This document shows positions 1 through 11,686 of a DNA stretch of 64,000 nucleotides, piece by piece. A program made the translations under genes and the position numbers. The stretch spans positions 31,434,001 to 31,498,000 of the forward strand of contig JAQFVV010000001.1 in the NCBI GenBank assembly GCA_028023455.1, given 5' to 3'. This DNA comes from Epiperipatus broadwayi. Its lineage: Eukaryota > Animalia > Onychophora. Every line of letters begins with the position of its first letter. Position 1 is the first letter of the stretch. The notes under the pieces are model-generated. The model saw nothing but the letters and a program-made list of their open reading frames with translations, searched no databases and was not told the DNA's origin.

Positions 1-3000
1 CACTTTTTTCTTTTCAGAATATTTATTTTGAGAAGTAAAATATCAATATCTCACCTTTTTTCTCTGAAATATTTATTTTTCTTTTTATGCTTGACTTCTT
101 ATTTCTAGAATTTTTTTCAGATATTTTAAATAAGATGTCGTTCTATTGACAACTTTGCTTGCTGTTATTATATTTAAAATTACAATGCTATTTATAAATA
201 CTAAGTCGCAGATAATTACTAAATTATATAAATACTGCTTTTATTCAGTTTATAAGAACTGTAGATTTAATTATTATTGTTTTAAAAACTTTATTCTGCT
301 ATTTATAACAAATTTATAATAACAACTTTTTATTTAACATGTATGTGCATTAAAAATAATCATTGGAATTTGTAGAGCTATTTGAAAATTTTAATATATT
401 TTTATCCTTTTCTTTAAATATATCAACTGATATCAGTTATATCAATATATTTATTTTTAAAATAATTTATATAATTTTATTTTAATCTTTTATAAAATCT
501 TTACAATCATATCTTCAATTTATTTAAAATATATTTTGTAGTAATGATAGAGGAAAATATTTTTATGTATCAGTCGAAAGTTTTTATATGAATTCAATAA
601 AAATTGTATTTTTTAATATTAATAAACATAGATATTATTAAATTTTGTAAATAAATATATTGATTTTTTTCTATTTTTCATTTGATTAGCTAGTTTTAGT
701 AAAATAAAACAGTTTTTAATATTTTTTCAATTATTTCGACAAAATCTTTATATAGTCACCTTTTTTTACGCTACCTACTGATAAAAATGCAAACTAAAAT
801 AAATAAACTGGAAATGAATCTAGTTTTTTATGAATATTATTGTATAATATTACAATATTTAGTGCAGTAATAGAGCAAAAGTTTTCTAGAGCTCATTATT
901 AATGGGTCATAGTTCAATTGTGACTAAAGATACTCCATTCTCTTATAAACCCCTGAGCAACAGTATCCAAGTCAAAAGTAAAAAAGAAGAAGATAATTTA
1001 ATAAATAATATAAATATTTAACATTTATAATAAAAATATTCATTTGCAAAATATACATATATATATATATTGCTATTTATCTTTATTTGCTTATGCTCTT
1101 TATTCTTTTTTTGTGATTGCATTTTCTTACTTGCAAATTTATTATGAAACTGTAAGCAAGGAAAAAATAAATTTTATATTAAATTGCATTGAAAAGTGTT
1201 CATTTAAGGTGCATATGAAATTTTATATATAACAATGTAGAATAAGATTACTAGTCGAAACAAATTTATTATGCTAGTAAGTTTAAGCAAAATCATTTTT
1301 TTATGATTATATCATATAAAATGTTTTTTATCTAATAAAATATTACATATTTCTAATCTACTACAAGTTATAAGTCATATCCAAATAAACATTTTACAAC
1401 AAAAAAAAATCAAATATATAGATATGAAAAGCTTAAATTTATCATGACCACATAATTATAAATTTTATATTGAAAAAGCAAACATGACCCTCAAAACAGA
1501 TATGTGATATCCTTAAATTATAACATTATAATTACATTTTCCCCCATGATATAATGGTTAATATAAGCACTATCTAGAATCCAATTTAGAATTCAAGTTC
1601 TGGTTGAATAAATTTTGAAATTTTTTCATGACACACAAATACTTGGGATGTTTTTCTTTTAATTAAAACACCTTTAATCAATCTAACTAACAATCAATAG
1701 TGGTTGATAAATGAGTATCTAGCAATTTTTTAGACAAAATGTAAGTGATCAGTTTAAATTGACAAGTTAAAATGATTATTAGTGCCCTGGCCATAATAAT
1801 AAACAAATACAATAATTATTCTGTCTTAAGCATTGATGCAAAATTCATGCTTGACTAGTTTTATTTAGAGTTTGGTTATTTCCAAAAACAGTTTATTAAC
1901 TTTTATAATATTTATTAAAAATATTGTTATATATAGTAAATTTATTATTGCCTTAAAAATAAATTGTTAAAGTTAAAACAAGACAATTTTATTCCAATTT
2001 TTGATTAAATTTAACTTTAGTTTTATATTGTACTCAAATAGTTTTCTGCTTTTTAATTATGTGAATTAGTATATCATATAACTTAAAGTTATCTATTTAT
2101 TTAATACTTTTGCATCCCATTTGTTTTTAATTTTATAATTACATTCTAAGTTTTAAAAACTTGTGAACATTTGGTATTGCTAGGAAATTTTTACATTCAA
2201 CATTTGACTTTTTTATTTTTTTTTTATATTGACCTAAAGTTTGAGATATGTTATCTTTCTAAATTAGTCAACTTCTTAGCAATCTTATTTGGAAAAAAGA
2301 TTTATATATATTATATATGGTCTTTTATTTTTTATTTTTTTTTTCTTATAATATCCTTATTATTTATTAACTAATCACTATTCAAATTTATCCCAACATA
2401 TAATAAAGATTTATTTATACCTTTTTCAATATTTATATATTTTCAATATATATTTTAATTTAAAATTAATATAAATTTTTTCCAATATTTATTTATAAAT
2501 TATTATTTTTTTTTTTAAACAAATATTTTTATTATTAAATTAATTTAATTTTTTTTTTATTAAAATACCGAAAGTTTCTTTAAATCCCCTTCCTCCTTCT
2601 CTCCGTTGAAACTCTCTTCTTTTTCTTTCTTTTTGCGAGTCGTCTGGAAAATCCCTCCGAAGTTTCTCGCTTGCCCTCGGTCCCCTCTTCTTTTTTTCTC
2701 CCCCTCTCACAACCCCCTTCTCCTACCTTTCCATATATTTGTCCGACCTTAGCCTTTTTTCTTGTTGTTTTCATCTTCCCTCGATCTTTCACTTTTTTGT
2801 TCCTTTCCTATTAGAAATGTTCTTAAATCTGATGTTTTTTGTTGATTCTTTCTTTTTCTTCTTTGTTGTTTTTGGTTTGCTTTCAAAGTGTTTTTTATCA
2901 ACAACCTTTACAATTTTTAATTACTTCCCCTCTTTTTATATATAAAAATAATTTTATACATCAAAAATTTTATCTTATGAAAATATTGTCATATTTAGTT

Positions 3001-3267
3001 TTAATTTATCAAAAACATTAAGTAAATGTTTTAGCAAGTTGATAGCTAAATTATCATAATTTTTATATAGGAATTCTTGATTTATCATTTTTAACAAACT
3101 GGAAAAAAATAATTAATAGATGCACAAAAACAATGTAACATAATCTATTAAAAATATAAATAAGAAACAAATTAATGATTAGTCAAATAAGATGCATATA
3201 AAATATATTCCTATATATTGCTTATAATAACTTCTTTTATATACACTTTGCAGATGAAGTTTGAGAA

Positions 3268-3307
3268 AGCTTTGATGAAGACTGCTGGACAGTCGAAACT
3301 GTCAGAA
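3268..3307 (+). ncRNA. Isolated Penelope-type minimal hammerhead ribozyme motif, partly decayed
   Basis: tTGATGA a GACTG ctgga CAGTC GAAA C t GTC: core at 3272-3278 (C3>T), perfect 5-bp helix II (3280-84/3290-94), GAAA 3295-98, GUC site 3301-03. Helix I is only 2 bp. Confidence 0.55.
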
Positions 3308-3779
3308 AAGTAAAGAAGTTTTATTAAAAATTTTTTTTGCATTAAAGTGTATATGAAAGAAGTTATTGTAAGCAATATATATATGAATATATGGAGAAAT
3401 GCAAAGAAAGTAAAGGAGAAGAATAAGAGTATATACTTCGTATAAAATATAATTTAATTTTACCTTTTATTTATAATTTAAAACATTCCACACTTATTAT
3501 TTTCAAAATTTGTCTGACATATATATAGAAGACAATATATGTTTATATATACTTATACCTTTAATACAGTAATTATCTATAAATGCTATGATACTTTAAT
3601 CAATAGAATGTTATAAATTAAAAGTAATTTATTTCTGATGCAGTATTAGTATTATTTTTAATTATTTATGTTTTAAAAATTAGAATTAATACTGACTACA
3701 TATTGTTCATTAAATAAAAAAAACTGCCATTTGTTTGCTTATGACAAATTTTGTCATTTCCTATTATCTCAGATGATGT

Positions 3780-4860
3780 TGAGATTTTAAATAAAAAGTT
3801 GCACTCCTTAATTCTGTGATTTTACCAAAAATTATTTATTATCTGGCTGGTTTTTCACCAACAATTTGTTTCATCTGCAAGGTTGAATCTCTATGTAGAA
3901 AGCTGAACTGGGGAGGGAAGACACCAGCAATAAGTCTTAATATTTTGCAAAAACCAAGATCTTAATGGTTTAGGACTGCACTCGATTAAAGTTTTTCTGA
4001 TACAGAGGATTTACAATGTCCTTGTTAAAATTTTTAAAGACAATGCAAACATAGAAAGTCCCATATCTTTTGAAAAAATAATCCCCACTGATAACCCACC
4101 CCTCATAAAAGAAATATCTGGATGCAAGAACAATTAACTATTGTCTTTAATAGCATCAAAAGCTGTAGCTCCATGTTTGATGAAAAAATATCATACTGGA
4201 TACAGTTGTTGTTCAAGAGTCACAGAGTCAGAATTAAATTCATTTACAGGTGAAATTTCATTTAAATCATTGTACAGTAGATTGAATGTATTATTTTTGT
4301 TGACTTGCAAACTTTCAATATTTACTAGAGACCTCGATTTTTGAGTTTGCAATGCATTCATGCAACCACTATTTTAAGAGTTATTTGACTGGTAATTATT
4401 ATTAGCTACTGATTTACAAAGACTGGCATCAGAATTAAAAGAATTATTTAAATTAATATAACTAGCATTACTAACATTCAAGGCTGAAAAATATTTCACA
4501 TTATAAATATTACTCTCAAAAGAATTCGAAATCAAGATATGTTTTTACCATCAACTGATGACTTTTTACTGCTACATAAAATCTGGCATGAATAATAGGT
4601 TCTAAACTTGATGTAATGGTAATGCCGACATTTCACCATCACTTGTAAATGAAAATACTCAATCTTCCACAGTGGCAGATTTGTCAGTGCTGCTAACAGC
4701 CAATAAAAAAGAAAATATCTTTGCCAATATTTATTTGTCTAGCTCACTTTAGAGCTCATTGGTGAATGCTGAGCATCCAGTTCAATCCTAAACAGATCAA
4801 ACTGACACACTCTAAGCTCATCTAACAAACCAAATTTTAATACACCATCAGAAAAAGAAT
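3780..4860 (-). mobile_element. Possible degenerate hAT-like DNA transposase remnant
   Basis: Minus-strand translation with stops gives KILRLIAGVFPPQFSFLHRDSTLQMKQIV (~3850-3960), loosely like the hAT C-terminal dimerisation motif, plus upstream transposase-like stretches. Resemblance judged by eye only. Confidence 0.3.
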
Positions 4861-4869
4861 TATATATAT

Positions 4870-7097
4870 AGTAATGGGAGAAAGCTTTAAGATTGGCATA
4901 TAATGACCACTAGGGTGCCACTAGCCCGAAAATCGGGACTAGACATTTATTTTAAGGGTGGACAGGATATGCAAATCAAAATGTGCCAGACTAAACTTAG
5001 AGAGAAACAAGATATCTTAAATATTGTTTAGACAGTTGAGAAATCAAAGCACAAAGACAAATGTCAGCCAAATTAAGTTTAAACAAATTTTAAGCTTTTA
5101 TTTAAGAGCAAAATAACTTGTAAAAAAAAGTTTACACGAAAATCAATAGGGTTTCACACGAAAATCAATAGGGTTATCTCAGGCGTGTACTAGAAAGATT
5201 AAACACATTGCTCTGGTAGACTTACTGACTCTCTAATAATGAATTCTACAGGAAGGAAGCAATTTCATTTGGCAGAAGATTCACCAAAACATTGGTTTTC
5301 ACTTTCATATACTTAGACAATACATTCCCAAAACAAATCAATAAAACCAGCACTGGCGAGCTTTCCAAGGTCCGCAAAATGTGACGACCCCCGAATGTCA
5401 TCTGTTGGAAGTAGCTGCACCTATTATTATGTTTAAAATAAAGGTGATTGATTTGCCTCAAAACAACCACAAAAAAAGATTGAAAATGAAAAGAAAACAA
5501 ACAATTAAGACTAAAGAATCCCCAACCAAACAATTGGCGAAACTAATCTAAGAATTAAAGATCTTAATAGGAGACAAGTAAATCATTAGAAAATCAGTTA
5601 CATCTACCCCAGAATTTAAAGAAAATGAATTACCAATAATTATAATTAAAAAAATAAATTTATGACATAAGTTGTGAGTACACGCTCTGATAAATTTTCA
5701 GCTATACAAGTAAATACAAAATAAATCTATTGGAGAGTGCACATGAGTACGAAACTATGAAAGCTATAAATACTTTAGCAATGAAAGTTTCTCTCACCTG
5801 TAATTTACAAAAGGGATAAATATTGTCTTCTTGATGGCGATTTATAAATTTAGCAAAAACAATTATAGTTTCCGCTTTCAGAGAGATAAGAAATGAAGAC
5901 TATGAAAACAAAGTCACCAGCCAAAAGATTTGGTGATTTGCAAAAGTGCAAACACAGTATTTTAAATTAATTTGGGTTACTAAAATAATTACAGGTAAGC
6001 TTTCAAAATATACGTGACTGCCAAAGCATTTAGTAAAAGAAGGCATAAAATAGAAAAACTCACATGTCACTCTCCAATAAACAACACTTAAAGCAAACTT
6101 GGAATCTTAAACTAAGATTCCAAGATACATGGCAAAGTACAACAAAAGAAAATAAATATAGCTAATCAATATGAAGTTAAATATTAATTTAGATTACAGA
6201 TTTATTAGATTGAGTGGAGATTTAATGAAAAGAAATTTACCCTGGAAAGAATAAAAGAAAATTTCATCTTACAATAAAGCATAGTTTACATAGAGTGCGC
6301 ATGTTATCTTTAGTCCATTTTCAAGTCCTTTGACAGTGGCAAGGTAGAGTCAGTGTTTATTTTAGAGGCTCATGGCATGACTGAAGGAGAGCTGGTAGGT
6401 GTGGGTCCACCCTTTGTTTAAATTAGCAAGACATTCTAATGATGGCAAAACTCATAGCGGTAAATTTTGCCATCTTACACAGTAACGAAGTTTGTCGATA
6501 ATGGTTTAAGGTTTTAGCAGGAATTAAATGTCCGAATTGCCTTCCAAAGTGGTGTGACTCTCAGCCAGCAATAATCCAAGTGTCTTTTTCTATACTGAAT
6601 CCTCTCTATCTAAAAATTGGCAGGTTATCCTTGCTTCGCTACATTTCCCGTTTAAAACTTTCATTAGTCTCTCATTCTATATCTCAGGCAGGGCAAATAT
6701 TAATTTTCCACTCAATCTAATTTAAGAATTCCATCCAGGGATTATTGAAACAAAAACAACAATACAATTAAACCTACGCTTTTTTTAGAATTAACTTTAA
6801 AAATGATTAAAATAAAAACAACAGAAATACATAATTAGCAAGCTTGCCCATTTTTAATCAAATTGATTAAAACAGGTGGAGAAAGTAAACTATTTTAAAA
6901 TCAATTTTATAAACAAAGTAGTGAAAGTAAACTGTTTTAAAATCAATTTTATAAACATGAAAATGATCAAAATAAATATAAACACATATGTGTTTTAAAT
7001 AACAATAAAAAATTTTAACATTAGATAAGATTTAACAAACCGTAAGTTTTTAATTTTGGCAGTAAAAATCCTTGAAACGGATATCAATCCGGTTCAA
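4870..7097 (-). repeat. 3' LTR of the gypsy element (may extend to ~7161)
   Basis: Aligns along its length with 11687-13957, from (a/t)gtaatgg to atcaatccggttcaa. Confidence 0.9.
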
Positions 7098-7161
7098 CTG
7101 CCTCAATATCTGATCAAAAAAAAACATTCCTGTAACTTCCTTTTTTTTTAAATGTTGTTAA

Positions 7162-7170
7162 CCCCCCCCC
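7162..7170 (-). promoter_or_regulatory. Candidate polypurine tract (G9 on minus strand)
   Basis: C9 run on the plus strand between the end of integrase and the 3' LTR, the expected PPT position. Confidence 0.5.
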
Positions 7171-7250
7171 TGCAAAATCCCAGCTGGACATTTGTTGTAT
7201 GTGTTAACTGCAATCAATCACTTTATTACAACTTTGACAATTTTTGCTAT

Positions 7251-8290
7251 TTACTTATCATTATTGATCCTTTGTTCAGCAGGTCTAAGACTACGGGCAT
7301 TATAGGATCTCTGAATTCCAGACTCATCTTCCAGAAGAAAGGCATTCTGACCATATTTTTTTTTTATTGTAAAAGGTCCATCATATATCGAAAAAAAAAT
7401 TTTGTATTGATGCCTTGTTGGATTGCTCACATGAGGTTTTCTGACAAAAACCCAATCACCAGTATCGAATTGGCAAGGATTACGGTTTGCACGCCTTATG
7501 CACAATTCAGCCATGTGCTTTAATTTTATCCTAGCCTTTTCTTTGTCCCTCTCTCCATTAGGATTATCATGATCTATGGGTAATGGAGCTTTGATAAGTA
7601 TAGCATAATTTTTTCCGAAATGCACCCTAATGGGAATAAACCCTGTGGACTCATTTAGCACTCCAATTAATATAATTAACAACATTCTCAGTATGTTTAA
7701 CCCACTCTCTGTGGTTCTGGTTGACATACAACTGGAATAAACAATTAAGCTCCCTCATAAACTGCTCACAGGGGTTAGATTGAGGGTTGCAAATGGATGT
7801 TAATATATATCCTGTTGCTGGAGCCAACACTTCCACCGGCAAGATTTAAAGGGTGTTCCATGATCCAAGAGTATACATTGAGGCTTGCTTATTCTAGGAA
7901 TTTTCTGCTCTTGTAATACTTTGATAGTGATTAAAGCATCAGCCTTTCTTAATGGATAAGCTGTCACATATTTTGAAAAGACATCATACATGACAACTAA
8001 GAACCGGTATCGCTGATACGCTGATAATGGACCATAAAAGTCAATAGCTAGTAACTCGTTAGAATTCTGAGCTAAAATGGGTTGCAAGACTCCTGTAAAA
8101 ATTTTTATTTACAGGTTTTGTTCATGAATATGTGTGGCAACTTCTGAGAACCTATAAAATATTTGAGTACATCCCTGGCCAACAAAATAATTCTCGGAGC
8201 ACATACTCAACCTTATGCGGTCCAAAATGTCCATACAGACAATGCACATATTCAATTAAATGATTCTTAATCTTTTTAGGTATGAGGGTT
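7251..8290 (-). pseudogene. pol: Gypsy integrase, frameshifted
   Basis: Zn-finger remnant HCLYGHFG; DDE core in LLAIDFYGP, ILLDHGT and NPQSNPCE; GPY/F module YDGPFTI. Split over ORFs 7800-8087, 7651-7842 and 7251-7727. Confidence 0.9.
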
Positions 8291-8292
8291 CT

Positions 8293-9926
8293 CTAGGAAC
8301 CTTTTTTTGCAGTAACCTTGTATTGAAGGACACCGTCCTCAATACAATAAGCTCCTTCTTGTTGTTCTAACTTGAATAGGTCCATTAGTGAGGGATTCAG
8401 GGCTCCTTTCTTGTAGGCTACCATTGGAGCATAATCCAGATCACTTGCCTGTATTTCTGGTAATTTTCGTAAATTCTGTTCCATGGAATCATCGATAACT
8501 GATGTAATCGCAGTGATACTTAAGTTATCTGAGTGTAGGTAATGCTGTGAAAGATCTACAGGGTGCTGACTTAAGATATCTGCCACAATGTTATCCTTGG
8601 CAGGGCAATAGACCACTCTATATAGAAATTTCTGCAAGATCAATCTCCACCGAATGAGCTGATCATTTGTCAAGTAACTATTATTCAGAAATTCTAAACA
8701 TTTATGGTCAGTAATAAGAACGATGTTTGAGCCCAGCAAGAATTGTTTGAACTTTCCAAAGGCCCATACAATGGCCAGAGCCTCCTTTTCAGTAGTCATA
8801 TAATTATTTTCAGCCCCTTTTAGGGTATGGCTATATAAAATATAATACCTTGTGATGTTTCTGCTCATCAATTTGGAATAAGACTACTCCCAATCCATGT
8901 TGGCTACTATCAGTTTGAATATAAAATGTTTGGGAAAAATCAGGGTAAGCCAAAACTACTTGTTTTAGAAAATTCTTCTTGATGAGCCAAAACTCCTGCT
9001 CCTGTTGTGAACCCCAAAACCACTTCTGGTCCTTTCTTAATAACTGGACTAAAGATGATAATTTTACAGCAAAATTTTCATAAAACCAGTGGTAAAAGTT
9101 GCAGAGACCTAAAAATGACCTCACCTGGCATCTGTTAGCAGATGTAGGGAAATGCTCAATTGCAGCTAATTTATCTGGATGGGGTTTAATACCATCTTTC
9201 CCAATTACAAAGCCCAAAAATGCCACTTCATCCATGGCTAAGTAACTTTTCTGCAAATTGATCATGATATTGTTTTGACTGCATTTGGTCAAAAATCTCC
9301 ACATGTTCCAAGTGCTCTTCAATATTTCTGGATGCAATAACCACTTCATCCATGTACATTACTATAATATTTTTAACCTTCTCTGACAATATCTGATCCA
9401 AACACCTTAACAACCTGGATCCACTGTTGATCAACCCGAACGGCATCCGTTTAAAGACATATGTATACCCTTCATACCAAAATCCCCATATATTGGTGAC
9501 TGGATGGATGAAGAACATATGTATACCCTTCATACCAAAATCCCCATATATTGGTGACTGGATGGATGAAGAGGTATCTGCCAATAACTTGAAGTCAAGT
9601 CAAATGTACAGAAGACAGTTTTCCCTTGTAATCTAGCCAGAATTTCAGTTATTGTAGGAGGAATGTCTCTTTCAGGAATAGTGATAGCATTTAAATGATG
9701 AGCATCCAAACATATTCTAGCTGCCCCATCTTTCTTCTTTACTACCACCAAAGGGTTAATATAAGATGATGCTTGTTTACCAATAACATCCCATTCGATC
9801 ATCTGTTATATCTGACTATCCATCTCGGCTTTATATTGAAATGGAATGGGGTAAGATTGACTTTGAAAATGATTTTCCTCTTTTACTTTGATCCGATGAA
9901 CATACCCTTCAATAGCCAGAGGTCTA
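8293..9926 (-). pseudogene. pol: Gypsy reverse transcriptase and RNase H, frameshifted
   Basis: RT motifs NPLVVVKKKDG..RICLD, DLTSSYWQIPL, RMPFGLINS, YMDE (YxDD variant), FLGFVIG and VRSFLGLCNFY. RNase H motifs QTDSSQHGLG, NYMTTEKEALAIVWA, TDHKCL and DNIVADILS. Confidence 0.93.
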
Positions 9927-10410
9927 TTAGGGAAAAAATGTATGGTACTGTGTCAACACCTGTGTTAAAAGGTGTTGCTTTGTCCCCTTTAGTATGGACT
10001 GTTCCACCTTATTCTTTACTTCAGTGGTGTCTAAGACTGACTGCATACAGTGTATTTGTAAGGACTGATACTTTTTTAATCCCTCCAGGGGCATTATGCT
10101 TTTTCTACACTGAAATATGCATTGACCATAATCAAGCACACATTTATGCTGATGAAGAAAATCTGTTCCCACTAGATCTTGTATCAACCCGGGCATTATC
10201 AAAAAGACTTGATCTACTTCTATGTTTCCCAGATGAAGCTGGATCCAAACCTGCTTTGTCTTTACATTTGCCTTTTTACCCTTAGCCATTGTAACTTGCA
10301 GTCGCTTTAGAGGCAATATATACAGGTGAGTTTGTTGTTTTAACTGTGAATAAAAATGATTGGAAATCAGGGACATCTGACTCCCAGAATCAATTAAAGC
10401 CTGTGCTGTG
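9927..10410 (-). pseudogene. pol: Gypsy aspartic protease
   Basis: Active site ALIDSGSQ read at 10400-10377, followed by the LVGTDFL motif in ORF 9927-10376. Confidence 0.88.
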
Positions 10411-10415
10411 ATGGA

Positions 10416-11200
10416 TCAAATTTTTATAGTTATGATGGGATAAGTCTGGTTGGCTCCAACAAACATCGGTTCATCTTTATCCACCACCACATTGGATACT
10501 GTTCTCCCAACTCTGTTGAGTATGTTTTCCTTCTCTATTCTATCCCTACTACAATCAATCTCTGTCAATAATGTTATTATTTTTTCTATATACATTTTAT
10601 AATTAACCAACATGGCTTGTTGTATCACCACTGGCATATTGTTTTTTATTATTGAGATTATCTGGCTTTTTGGCAAAGACAATGCCATCAACAACTTCAG
10701 TATGGTGGATTGATTACAGAAAAACTGCATATAAGTTCCTCCATCCCCTTAGGAATATGCTTGCTGCAAAACTCTTCTAAAGATGCAATATTGTTTCTCT
10801 TCATTCTAAAAACTGTGCATGATGGTGTATCTATACTCCCCAAATGTCTGTGGATTTACACCTAAAGTATGCCACCAATCTACAGCTACACCCTTCAAAT
10901 GATTACAAGCCACTGCAATCTTTTCTCATTCATTCCATTTGTGAAACTAAAACACTTGTTGAAGGCTTTCAATATGTGCAGCTGGACTTTCCCAATTATC
11001 TGCCACAAAAACTTTTATCTGGATCAATCTTGTACCTTTAAGTTTACTTTGCCTATTTTCAACTTCCTTATAAATTTTCCCTCCCATCACGGCACTCTTT
11101 AACAGCTCATTTATTTTATATATTTTTGCTTTTATTGTCAGTCTTAGAAAACAATGCCTCTTACTATTTATTTAACACTAAGTTTGCCAATCAATCTAAA
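10416..11200 (-). pseudogene. gag: Probable gag remnant
   Basis: Lies between the PBS and the protease and has broken ORFs (e.g. 10416-10730). No diagnostic motif recognised. Confidence 0.55.
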
Positions 11201-11655
11201 AGAAAAATGCTATTTAACTATTTATTTGTCACAAGAAAGAGACTTCCCAATATTTATTTTGCTATTTTAAATTAAAAATTTAGCTACGAAAGCAATTTAT
11301 TAATATTTCATATGAAAAGACGAACAAACTATTTTTATCTTTTTTTTAAAATTAATCTAAAAACAAATACGACGCTACTTTCTATTTATTAATTATTTGT
11401 CATATGAAAAAGATGAACTATATATATTTAACTCTTCAAAAAAAATAACTCCGACAGACTTTTTAGAAAATACGCTTTTTTTGTTTCCAAATTATTTCAT
11501 ACAAAAAAAAATGAATCCCTTTCTACCAAACTTGCTCCAACAATACCTGCAATAATTAACAACAATTGAACCTCTGCCAACTAGATCTTACCACTTACAC
11601 CTGAAATCTTTCTCAACCATCTGAACAAAATCTCACATGGGCTTGAGACCTTGAA

Positions 11656-11673
11656 GCCCCATGTTGGGCGCTG
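11656..11673 (-). promoter_or_regulatory. Primer-binding site for tRNA-Lys
   Basis: Minus strand reads CAGCGCCCAACATGGGGC versus the canonical tRNA-Lys1,2 PBS TGGCGCCCAACGTGGGGC (15/18), 13 nt inside the 5' LTR. Confidence 0.85.
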
Positions 11674-11686
11674 AAAATTATATATA

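Noticed and set aside
2580-2945. ORFs 2580-2792 (-) and 2739-2945 (+)
   Set aside because: Pyrimidine-rich low-complexity tract, possibly poor consensus; the translations are compositional artefacts.
3254-3309. Apparent exon ag|ATGAAGTTTGAG...GAAAA|gt (MKFEKALMKTAGQSKLSE)
   Set aside because: The sequence is better explained by the hammerhead fold with a perfect helix II, and no partner exons were found.
5246-5533. 95-aa ORF inside the LTR as a possible accessory gene
   Set aside because: The other LTR has a 1-bp insertion in the homologous stretch (aagaa versus aaaa), and no motif is recognisable.
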